DNA of 64,000 nucleotides. Source: Vermamoeba vermiformis. Lineage: Eukaryota. The stretch's first letter is position 1; each line of letters opens with the position of its first letter. The position numbers and the translations under genes were made by a program. Of this stretch, positions 12,301-23,633 are shown in pieces. Under the pieces are notes generated by a model, which was given only the letters and a program-made list of their open reading frames with translations, did not search any database and had not been told where the DNA came from. The stretch covers positions 124,001 through 188,000 of the forward strand of contig JBEWZL010000044.1 in assembly GCA_045837725.1 (NCBI GenBank), read 5' to 3'.

Positions 12301-13819
12301 GTTGAACAACTCTTCGTTGTTAGGATCATGCGAAAGAGCCAATTCCAAAGCTATATTAAATATAGGCGTTAATAATTCTATGCCAAACACCAGTTTTTCA
12401 AGTAAAATAATATTATTAAAAACGTTAAGAACAAGAACACATGGCAAATAATAATACCGAGGATAAAATTGCAAAGATTAAGAAGGCGATTGAAGAGGCT
12501 AACAATGATATTCCTCCAAGGGATTATAGAGATAACTATTTGAAGATAGATCCGATCGAGGAAGAAGAACTTAGGAAGCAAGCCGAAGCGTTCAGAAAAC
12601 GAATTAAACCGAGAACCAATCCAAATGTAGTCTCAATTGCAATACTGGTAATTATTTTAGGCGTTGTAATCGCAAGAATATTTTTGTAAATTAATAAAAA
12701 TAATTGTATAAATTTTCGCTTGGCTTAGCTTTTAAAAATAATTGTATAGAATATTTCGACTTACTTTTGACAGCCTTTCCATATCGTTTTTGCAATAAAT
12801 AAACTTGTCCTTTGACCGAGTAGTAAACGGCCAGCGAATCCGGTTGAGCCTTATGAGCAGCCTTTACGTCGGATAAAATGCGTGCTAATATCTGCTCTTC
12901 ATCTTCTTCGCTCAATGTTTGATCTCGTACATTTTGGCGGTATTGGAGTAGCTTCAGTTGGGCTTGCGATCTGCCGAAGAGTAAATTTCCTCGTTGTTCT
13001 TCGCTGGTACCGCGTTCTTGTAATGCTTTTCCAAATAAGGAAACTGCTTTAGAATACTGATGTGTATTCAACGCTTCTTCTGCGAGCCGTTGAAGATCTT
13101 CAAGCGATGCGGCGGATGCAGATTCGTTGAGAGACGCTGTAAATGAGCTCAAATCGTTCAGCTTATACTTCTCGATATCCACTTTCTTCTCGCCAAAATA
13201 AGTAAGAGCTGCGCGCAGTACTTTGAAATATTGGTCAAAAATATTCGGATCCAATTCGATCATGTCACGCGGTGCTGCATGCGCTAGACTATTACGAATA
13301 GTCTTAATGTTTCTAACATGCTCGTCTTCTCGTTGAGTCTTCTTATTATTTGGTACTCTTATACCATTTATAGCTGTAATTAGCGAGGATAAATCCCACG
13401 TAGATGCAGTGCCGGATCTGATCGTCTCTTGCTTTTCAATCGTGCATTGTGATAATGAATCGATTTTATCTACGTAATAATTGCCCATGCTAGGATTGTC
13501 TTGCCATTCAAGGCCTGTTCGCTGCTTGAATCGCTCTTTGAATATTTTCAGCAGATGCCGCGAAGTAGCATTCAGCATATATTGAATACGGGCAGTTTCT
13601 CTGAGATAGAATAGGATTTATTATAATTTGACGTTTAATAATGAACTACCATCAAAAAACAGATTTGGATCTAGCCGTTATAATTTTCTTTATCGTTCAA
13701 AATCTGATTGATTATTGATCAAAATAATTTTCGATCATTTAGATCGTTAATATTCAACCAAGTTGGTTATTTGCCGAAGCTTGATCAACCTCGAATCTAA
13801 CTTACGTTCGTTGTTGCAT
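9304..13819 (-). CDS. Multidomain protein: HEPN-like (RNSLAH), TPR, Sel1-like repeats, TPR, C-terminal MYND zinc finger (spliced)
   Basis: WDLSSL...IRNSLAH at the N-terminus; TPR across intron 12351-12764; Sel1 repeats (AQWKLGSWYLRG, AEKWLQRAVDKG); CWYC...CSKC...YYCSRECQVDDW...HK..C. Exons are linked by canonical GT-AG introns; phases were checked for the 5' junctions. Confidence 0.8.
12441..12689 (+). CDS. 82-aa tail-anchored membrane protein nested antisense in an intron of the HEPN-TPR-Sel1-MYND gene
   Basis: Intact ATG-TAA ORF with a charged helical body and C-terminal hydrophobic segment VVSIAILVIILGVVIARIFL; AATAAA just after the stop; lies entirely within intron 12351-12764. Confidence 0.65.
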   Translation: MANNNTEDKIAKIKKAIEEANNDIPPRDYRDNYLKIDPIEEEELRKQAEAFRKRIKPRTNPNVVSIAILVIILGVVIARIFL

Positions 13820-14116
13820 CTTTTTTGAGTGTTATCCTTATATGGCAGGCATCTGTTATAATCACGACTGTTTGTTCTGTCGAGGACAACAGGAAAATAA
13901 GGAACAAAATCTTTTTATGTAGTTTATTACGTTGACCACGTATCTTGTAAAAATGAATGTATTTATATTGTTTATAGTTGCTATTGGATATTTTTTGTAT
14001 CGATTTCACCGCGATCCTCCAAGAATCAGAAAACTAGGAGGTAACTAACAAGATCTGTCCTTGAAGTCACTAAAATATTTTACTTTGCACTTATAATATT
14101 ATAATTATCGATTGTA

Positions 14117-16133
14117 ATGGTATTGCCGTCAAAGTGGCTGGAAACGCACGATATGCGGAAAAAAAATACTAATTTAATTTTTGCAAGGCAAATCCGCGCA
14201 GTTTTCAAATTGGGAAGGTCGTAACACGTGCTTAGTACGCAGTTATCATAAACCAACAAATAAAGAAGAAATCAAACAGATTCTGAAGGAAGCGTATGAA
14301 AAACATGAAAAAGTCCGCGTCGTTGGCGCAGGTAAGCGAATTAAACCAATTAAATAATTTTACTAAAACTACGTAATTAATAGTGATTATGAACGGCGCT
14401 TTTAATGCTTATCAGCCTAATAATTGAATTTTTGACAGGTCACTCATGGGGCGATAGTGTCATTACAAATGACCATTTAATATCGCTTGATAATATGAAA
14501 CGTGTCATATCAATCGATCATGCTAATTTGCTTGTCACTGTAGAAGTAAGAAATTCGATCTAGCACAAATTTCCATTTCAGATCGTGACCGATTATTTTC
14601 ATAGGGCGGCATTAGATTATACGAGCTCACGGAAATTTTAGAACGCGAAGGCCTTAGTCTTTATAATATAGGTACTTTATTACCGCAAAACACGTGCAAG
14701 TAAATTTTAATATTCTTGAAGGCACTATCAAAGAACAAAGTTTAGCCGGCGTAGTTTCAACTGCAACTCACGTAATACCCAAAATTAGATATTGCCATAA
14801 AAGGAATACGAGTGTTAATTTATTTCTTAGGGCACGGGTCAACAAATTGGCAGTTTTAGCTCATCCTTGCGAGGAATTGAATTTGTGACGCTCGATGAGA
14901 ACGGTGAACCGAAAATAATTCAGTGCTCTAACAGCGATAATACCGAAATATTCAAATTTGGACGCTGCTGCGTCGGAAGTAAGTCCATAAAAATTACTGA
15001 ACTACGTCTGAACTAGATCCACCGCAACTAAATTTTGCTATTTATACAAAGATATAGAATATATATTATGGATTAAGTACTAATTAGACTATGTAGCTTT
15101 TGGCGTTATCACTGAACTGACGATTCAAGTCAAAAAGTTGTATCGAGTGCGACAAGAACAAGAAGTGATTCCAATCGAAACTGTGTATAATAATTTCTAC
15201 GATTGGATCAAAAAAGAAGAGCGCATTAAGTTTTGGTGGTGTAAGTTAGCATTAAGTCATTATAGATACGCTAACTAAACTTTTTCACAGTTGTTCCGTG
15301 CAAGTTTGCGTTGACTTCGCGGTACTACGAAACAAACGATGAAATTTCACCGCTCAAAGTGCGCGTGATGCATTACTTTAGAGAAGATTTTGCGCATTAT
15401 ATTCAAGAGTGGGCTTTGTACTTGATCTCGAAAGTAAGTTTGTCGCTTTAGACAAATAAGGAAATTGCCTAATATAGTTACCACGATATAGTTCCCTTCA
15501 CTGAACGAGAAAATTATCACTGCGGCTGTTGGCAACCTTCCCAAGTTTGTTTTTACGGACAAAATGGTGAATGGATTGAACTCTGTCATCCGCATGAAGT
15601 ACGTCACTTTTTCCAAATATGGAAATATATTTATCGATCAGCAAGACCTAATTATTGTTGTACCCGACAGGCATTGCGAATTAGAGTATATTGTGGACTC
15701 GTCAAAGTCATTGGAGATTATGAAAAAGATCGAGAAAATGATCGGGGACCACAAGATCTGTTTGAACATGCCAGTCGAAATCAGATTCACTAAGAGCGAT
15801 GATATTCCGCTTAGTCCTATGTACGGACGAGATAGCACGTGCTTTACGTTCTTAGTTTACAATTTGGAAGATCATCGCGTGATCTACTTTGAGCAACTTG
15901 ACAAGATTTTTGCCGAGTATGGTGGAAGACCTCATTGGGGCAAATGGTTTGGAATGACCTGCAAAGAACTGCAAACGCTTTATCCGGAGTGGAATAATTT
16001 CTTGGCAGTACGGTAAGTGGTTTTTAGATGCGATCCGTAACTCGATCTAACAAATTATTCGTGATGCAGTGAGCGAATGGACCCGCACCAGATCTTTGTT
16101 AATGACTGGGTCAGAAGGAATTTTGGCTTGTAA
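14117..16133 (+). CDS. L-gulonolactone oxidase / D-arabinono-1,4-lactone oxidase-like FAD oxidoreductase (spliced; start approximate)
   Basis: FSNW, VRVVGAGHS, QSLAGVVSTATHG, PVEIRF...LSP, GGRPHWGK and DP..IF.N motifs. Confidence 0.9.
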
Positions 16134-16234
16134 ATATTTAAACTGTTAGTGAGGCACCAACAAAGATTTTTACGTGCAATTTTTAAATCCTTCTTTGCTT
16201 CTTTTTACAAGTTAAACTTAACGATCATAACATC

Positions 16235-17844
16235 ATGTCGCAAGGTACTTATTATTTTTAGGCTCTTCGTATAGTATTGTGCTGTGGATTAACGTCCCAA
16301 TTATGAATAGAAAGCAATCTGAGTGTTGTGATCAAGTCATTGACAGCCGGAACCTTTGCTGGTATGGCCCAAGTATTTGTAGGGCATCCCCTTGACACAG
16401 TAAAGGTAATTATTAACAAGATACTGAAAGTAATCTATTTTTCCGTTTGGAAATAATATTATTGAAATTTAATTTCGTCAGAATCTTTCAATTTCAACCG
16501 TTAAAGCGGCATATCAAGCGACAATAATATATTAAAAATTAATAAATTATTTATTTCGATTTTCAGACCCGACTTCAAACACAAGACGCAGCAAATCCAC
16601 GTTTCAAGGGCGGCTGGGATTGCTTCAGCAAGACGTTGCAACAAGAAGGAGTAATAATGTCAATATATTATTATATACGCAAACTCACGTAAATTAATAG
16701 GTACGAGGGCTTTATAAAGGCATGGCATCGCCTTTTTTCGGAGCGGCATTTATCAACGCAATTTTGTTTGGCGCCTACGGTCATTTTAGGCATTCAGCTA
16801 TGCAAAAAAATAATACTACAGGTAAATATATTAATGTTACGGCTTTTTCCGCGTACTGATTACAAGATCTTAAATGATTGTCTGACACCGTGTTTGTAGA
16901 TCTGAGCCAAGTCCCCATCAGCGATATTTTTGTTGCAGGAGGTCTAGCTGGTCTTGTGAACACAGTCGCAGCAGGACCTATTGAGCTGATTAAGACTAAA
17001 CTTCAACTGCAGTTCAATAATCCTCAACAAAAGGCACTCTACGCGTAAGCCAGATCTAACCTATTCATTCAACCGCTCACCTCCATTTTCTATATAATAC
17101 TAATATATAATATTAACATCGAATATTGTGGACTCGTTCGTGTAATTATTTTAAAAAAGTAGAGCGAATTTTTTGTTAAGGTGATGACTTACGACAATAT
17201 TTTTAGAGGACCTATCGATTGTGCGAAGAAGATATATCAAACCAATGGCGTACCCGGCCTCTTCAAAGGCATGGTACCAACAATTCTTCGAGAAATTCCC
17301 GCCTACGCGTCATTTTATGGTGTCTTTGAGTACATGAAGCGACGATTGACGCCCGAAGGCAAAACCACCAAAGACTTGCCTCTGTATTCATTAATGTTTG
17401 CTGGAAGTTGTGGAGGTGCGTATAGTTATTTCAAAGCTTATTAGTTTCATTCAGCCGTTTGCAAAAATTCACTTTGAGATCCAGATCTTGGATCAATTCT
17501 TTCAAATCGGAACAAGGCTAATTTCCTATGATATTTATTGCATAGGCATTGCTTATTGGTGCAGTTGCTATCCATTTGATGTGATCAAGTCACGCATTCA
17601 AGGTCAATCTGACACGCAGCCGTTGTATAAGGGCACGTTGGACTGTGCGCAGAAAATAATCAAAACTGAAGGATATGCTGGTCTATTTAGAGTACGTTTA
17701 TACTATTACTTACAATGGCCCACTTAATGGTCTTGTTAATAACGATGGATCTGATAGGGGTTCGCACCTGCAATTGTTCGAACGATCCCTGCAGCCGCGG
17801 CAACTTTTACAACATTCGAAATAGCGATGAAAATGTTGAATTAA
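16235..17844 (+). CDS. Mitochondrial carrier (SLC25), carnitine/ornithine/basic amino acid carrier-like
   Basis: Three PxD/ExxK repeats (GHPLDTVK, GPIELIKTK, YPFDVIKSRIQ) with GLYKG/GLFKG motifs. Confidence 0.92.
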
Positions 17845-18192
17845 ACACATTGCGATGTAATATATAACATTAGGAATGAACCAAATAAGGTGTTAAATGT
17901 CAAAGGCGGCACTCGTAAGTTTTGGAAAAAAGCAATATTTTCGCTTTTTATTTTACATTTTCGCAGTTCTTTTTTAACAAAATTGACATTCGCTAACTAT
18001 TTACAATGCCGCTATATTATATTATATCTGTAACAAAATTTGGAATCTACAAGCTATCTTCTAAAGGTATATCAAAATTGTGGTATTTACAAGTTAATTA
18101 TCGCATTCGCAATTCGCAGGCGAAAGATTAATTTCATCCATTTCTAAATATGGAAAAAACGAACCTTTCTCTGTCAAAATTTCCTTTCTATT

Positions 18193-19359
18193 TTACAAAA
18201 AGTAATCAGGAACAGGTTTATGCATGTTGCGGCCCTCCTATGATAGAATTAACATTAGCGACTATATTAATACACTACTATATGATAATAATTACGTACC
18301 ATTGGCGCGGCTTCAAAAAGTTTGATATTTCGGCTCAATTTTTCATCGAGCTCCAAAATGGATGCAGAATTGCCGCAACGATACATATAGTTAGGAGCAG
18401 CCCAAACATTGATCAACGTCTCGTCGAAGAAGTATTTGTAGCCGTCCATAACAAGCTGATGAGATCTGCAGACGAGTTCGGTGTTGTTGATCTGATGAAA
18501 TTCGTTGACCACAGCAGCGCCAAAATTAAAGCCAGCCATGCGTGGATTAGGCGCCCAGCAGTCAATTTCCTCATCAGGATCGGACCATAATAAATCGCTC
18601 ATGGGTCCGTCAGTAGGAATCTCTTGCTTTCGGTCGATGAGCGAGATTTGATCCAAAGTGCGGATTTGAGGGCTAAGTCCGCCATGAACGCAAAATACGC
18701 GTTCATCGATGATAGCAGCTAAGCTTAAATAGTCGAACAGATCCGTGCAGTACTTCCAAACGTTGGATGTGCCATACTTTCTTAAACACTCGTCATAAAA
18801 GCCATACATCTGCGTAATGAAGCGAGACTCGTGGTTGCCTCTTAATAAAGTTATTCTATTGGGGTAACGGACCTAAAGAACGTATTGTTAGAAAGAGCGG
18901 CAGATCTATTCGGAAATTTCTTTAGCAAAGATCTCGATCGAATTTAAGACCGATAGTTTAACTAACTTAATGCTGTAAATATATTAATTACCTTAAGCGC
19001 AAGCAATAGCAAGAAGGTTTCTACGCAGTGATGACCACGATCGACGTAATCGCCCAAAAACACATAATTGGTCTCAGGACATTGACCACCAACGTTAAAT
19101 AGTTCTTGTAAGTCGTAAAATTGTCCATGAATATCACCGCAAATCTAGATAATTAATATTAGTATTAAATATGGTTGTTAAAGATCCAGATTTAATCACT
19201 TACCGAGACAGGTGATTTTACTCGCACCACATTCGATTCTTCAATTAATACCTCGCGTGCTTTATCGCATAGAGCCTTAACTTCGTGTTCCTTAATTAGA
19301 ACAGCGTTTTTAAGTGCCTCTAAAAGCCTATCCACATCTGTTGAGGTTAAACTCGCCAT
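18193..19359 (-). CDS. PP2A-family Ser/Thr phosphatase catalytic subunit, PP4-like, divergent
   Basis: GDIHGQ, GDYVDRG, RGNHE, HGGLSP and DLLWSDP motifs; C-terminal PDYFL. Confidence 0.93.
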
Positions 19360-19657
19360 TATTTTGTTTCCTATTGATTAATATTATTACTGACCTCGTG
19401 TGGTCTATTGTACTGTATTGTTGATAGAATGACTTGTTTTATGCACACAACTCCCAAAGTTTTGCGAACCGTGTTCGGGTCAATGAAAGTCAACGCGAAC
19501 TTGAAATCTCGCGAATGCTTAGCAAAAGTCATGATAGTATCGCTCGTTCAAATAACAATCGTTGTGACTGGTTCCAGTTGCGATTCTGCCGTCCTGTAAA
19601 GTGCTTAAAAACGGTTCGAATTTTATTGCAATTATTCAAATTAATCTGAATAAAACA

Positions 19658-20566
19658 ATGGAGAAATCGTGTAATGCAACGTATTTGGCCGCTGCTGGTG
19701 TAATGATCACTGCTCGAGATCCAACGACAAAGACGAATTGGATTTTGTTCGGTCTTTCTACAAACCGGATGCTTTGTCATTTTCACGGCAATAACGATTA
19801 TAGAAATTCTAGTAATGCTAAAAATATACCTTACACGGTGGCAGCTCATGAAACAGGTGAGTTGAATTAATTCTAAAAATGCGAAATTAATTTTTAAATT
19901 TCACGATAAAGACTAACTAATTCTATTTAATATAATTTTAGCCGCTCGTGAATATGCTGAAGAAAGCCTCGAAGCTATGGGATCTGAGGAGTTTGTTTTG
20001 AATATTTTGAAAAATCATCCCGATTACTACTCCTCAATATTTCCTGAGCGCAGCTTAAACGTTAGGTAAAAATAATACAATAAATAATCATTTGATATAA
20101 ATAATTCAAAGAACCGCAATCCAGATTGGATCGTATTTTAACGGTCAAAAATTTATAAAGGTGTTACTGGTTGCACGCTGGCGATATGACTAGTGAAGAA
20201 CGCAATGCAGTTACTAAGAAATTTGATACGAATTTAAAGAACCCGAACTTAACAGGCTGCCAAAAAGAAAACTTGAGATTAATGTGGATCGAGGCCAAAA
20301 CATTGTACGCAGCAGTAGTGGGTAATCAAATGGAAAAAGGACGTTATTATATAACTGAAAGTGATGGCAATAATGTTGGAACTGCTGGACCTAAAATACG
20401 AAAATTTCGAAGTTGGTTGGCAGGCTGGTTCCAAGAGCTGTTCATTGAAAAATATGCCGATGCCAGCACTCTCAAGTTCCGCGAATTTTGTGCCAATAAT
20501 GCAGAGGCGCCTATTAGACCATTCTTAAGCTTTAATAATGCTACGGCGGATACTTCTAAAGTGTAA
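19658..20566 (+). CDS. Divergent Nudix-hydrolase-like protein (spliced)
   Basis: AAAGVMI...ILFG N-terminal strands; ETAAREYAEES resembles the REUxEE half of the Nudix box. Confidence 0.55.
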
Positions 20567-20642
20567 AAAATGGTCAAAAGTGACCTCCTCGAAATATTGT
20601 AAAATTTTATTTTGTACATTAAATCACAGTGTAATTATTAAA

Positions 20643-23516
20643 TTACTCGAAAAAATGATCGAATTCGGTGTCATAATACTCATTCAATCGACTTTTTCTA
20701 ATTCCATAACTAAAATAAATTACCAGTCCGATCCCGATCCAAGCCGCAGTGCTGTAGATCGCATCGAGTGGTAATTGAACTATCAGGTATATATTCACAA
20801 ACACGCCTATAAGCGGAAATAAAGGTACCAACGGACATGCAAATGTTTTGGGAATGTTCAACGGCCTTAAAAAGAAATCGTCAGAAAATTGCCTAATTTG
20901 GAATCAAGGGCAGATCCGTTTGAACGTACCTTAAAATCTGCAGGAAGAAGTAGCAAGCTAATAATGGCACTGCGCAAATGATTAAAATCCACGGCGGCAA
21001 TTTCCAGTTCTCGTAGTGCGACATGAACACGCCAAAAATAGCGCTGAAGATGAAGAACAATATCACGAATATACTTTCAGCACCGCTGATCATTTTTGCA
21101 AGGCCTTCGAAGACTTTCCATCGGGCATAAAACGCATCTAAAATTTGAAAATTTAGTGTCACATCCACGACGCAGATCTTCATATTGCCAGGAACTGCAT
21201 ATGGTTAATAGGTTAGTACGTACCTGTGGGCACTAAAGAGCTTTCAGCTTCACTCGTGGTGTTTTCTTCTTGTTTGAAGCGAAGTACGATCAATCCTCCG
21301 CACACCATCGAGAAGGCTAGCAGCGTACCGAGGGAAATAATGTTCGTCAATTTGTTGATGTTGAAGAACAGGCCTAATAACAGCGATACCGCTCCTGTAA
21401 TATGGGGTGTTGGGATCAAAGAGCACGCTGACCTTTGCTTGACACGTGTCAAGTTTAACGTACCTGTCGCGACAGTTCCGAACACAGGAATGCCTTTCTC
21501 GTTGACCGTGGCAAAATTTTGGAAAAATAAGCCCTGGAATTAATAAAGTTAAAATCGTTGTGAGTGCTCGAGTTGTAAGACTTACGTCTTTGGCCATTTG
21601 ATAGAAAATTCGTGACTGACCCAATAACGATGCTAATACTGTCGCCGTTAATGCAGTGATAGATCCTGATTCATGAAATTAGCGTTCAGTGCAAATATTT
21701 ATTCGCTCGAAGTGACCTACCTGCAGCGACAATTAGTGAAGCCCACTTCAGACCTACGGTTGAAAAAGCACTAGCAATGGGTGCATAAACATCTATGGCG
21801 TTAAAAGGCACCATTCCATTCACCACTAGCGAAATTTCGTTAAAATAAAATTGATAAAAATTTCGGATCTCGATCCACTTACCGATTGAAACTCCAATAT
21901 ACAAAATTGTTGCTATTAACAATGTGCCTACAATGCCAATAGGCATATCACGCTGAGGATTTTTCACTTCACCAGCGAGCGTTGTTACCGCGTCAAATCC
22001 AATGTACGAGAAAAACACCATTCCTGCGCCAACAAACATGCCTTGCATTCCCGTTGGAAAAAATGGCGTGTAATTATCGGTATTGACTTGCGTGGAGCCC
22101 AATATGATTATAAAGACTATCAGACATATGTTGAATATCGTGATGATCATATTGAATAAAGATGATTCTTTGGCACCGAGGACTAAAATTAATGTGCACG
22201 CGATAATTACTACGCAAGATAACGGACTGATACTAATAAAATCCTATAATATGGCCTCATTAATAGATTAGTCGCAAGAAAAAATATCTGTGAAAAAATT
22301 AATTCGAAAACGTTCCTGCAAATTTTAGAACGAGATTAATGTGTTATTAAGAAATTAGAAAGTTTTTTCCTTTTGCGGAAATTTTTACGTACATTTCCGT
22401 CAATAATCATCCAGTTATCGAGCCAATAAGGCGTTTCAATTCCAAGTGTCACGATGAACTATAGTTTGCACACATTAGCACCAGCCGAAACAGCACGATG
22501 TGTTATTTCCAAATAAGGATACTACTTACCTGAACTACATTTGCAGACCAGCCACGTGCCACAGCTACAAAAAATATAAAGTTTGATAAATTTTCATTTC
22601 GTAACAATTTTTCCGTACCTGAAGCGCTAATAGCGTATTCTAAAGTCAAACACCAACCAATACTACCGAAATATTAATATAGAGGTCATATAAGAATAAT
22701 TATTCCGCTTACATCCAGCCAACCAACTCACCAAGAGCAACGTACGAAAAAGTGTACGCAGATCCGGAAACTAGGAATAAAAATCAGGAATTCCGATCAA
22801 ATTCATATAAGATAGTATTTAATAGATAATTGTTATTTAATTCGATTTGTTAAAACGGAGATCGGATGTGACAGAAAAACTCACCAGGAATTCTAGCAGC
22901 AAACTCCGCGTAAGATATAGCGCTAAACAACGAAGCAAAACCAGCCAATAAGAACGAGACTACTATCGCTGGTCCTGCGGCTTGGGAGGCTTGACCTGAG
23001 GCCACGTAAATTCCCGCCTAAAAATAGAAATCGTCAGAATACGATATTTTGACCCGTATACTATAATATGGAATGCATAGTAATAGTTGACTTATTATAG
23101 CAATATAATACGTACACCTAGTGTTGAGGCAATTCCAAAAGTAATCAGATCTGCGATACCTAAGCGTCTTTGCAAGTTTTCGGTATCTAAATAATTTTGA
23201 AAATCAATCAATAATCTAAATATCATAATCAAGATTGAATTACAGAAATTAATTGCAGTGAGAATTTTTCATGACGGATTCGATCCCGAATTTTCACACG
23301 CAAAAGCGCAATTCCAAAATTATGGATAAATTATTTAAATATTAATGTACCATTTTCGGAGAGTTTGGCGATTTCAAGCGGCTGCATTCGGAATAAAGAT
23401 CCCCACTTGTAAATCGCTCTACAGCTCCTCTTCTTCGTGCTCGCGATGTTTGAATGTGATGAACTTAATATACTATTATCATCTGTATTTTCTACGACTA
23501 AAGGCTGGTCGTCCAT
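20643..23516 (-). CDS. Cationic amino acid transporter (APC superfamily), spliced
   Basis: YAEFAARIP, SGSAYTF, VFFSYIGFDAVTTLAGEVKNPQRDMPIG, GQSRIF and FACPLVPLFP motifs. Confidence 0.93.
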
Positions 23517-23633
23517 TGAATCTATCAAAAGATAAATTTAACCCGCCTAATTTTTTTCTTTACCCACGCTACCTCGGCGCAACAACTGGTGAAAAGACCT
23601 CAGATAATTTAAAGGGATACTTTGGTTAATAAT

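Noticed and set aside
18150-18590. 146-aa + strand ORF
   Set aside because: Antisense to the conserved phosphatase exon.
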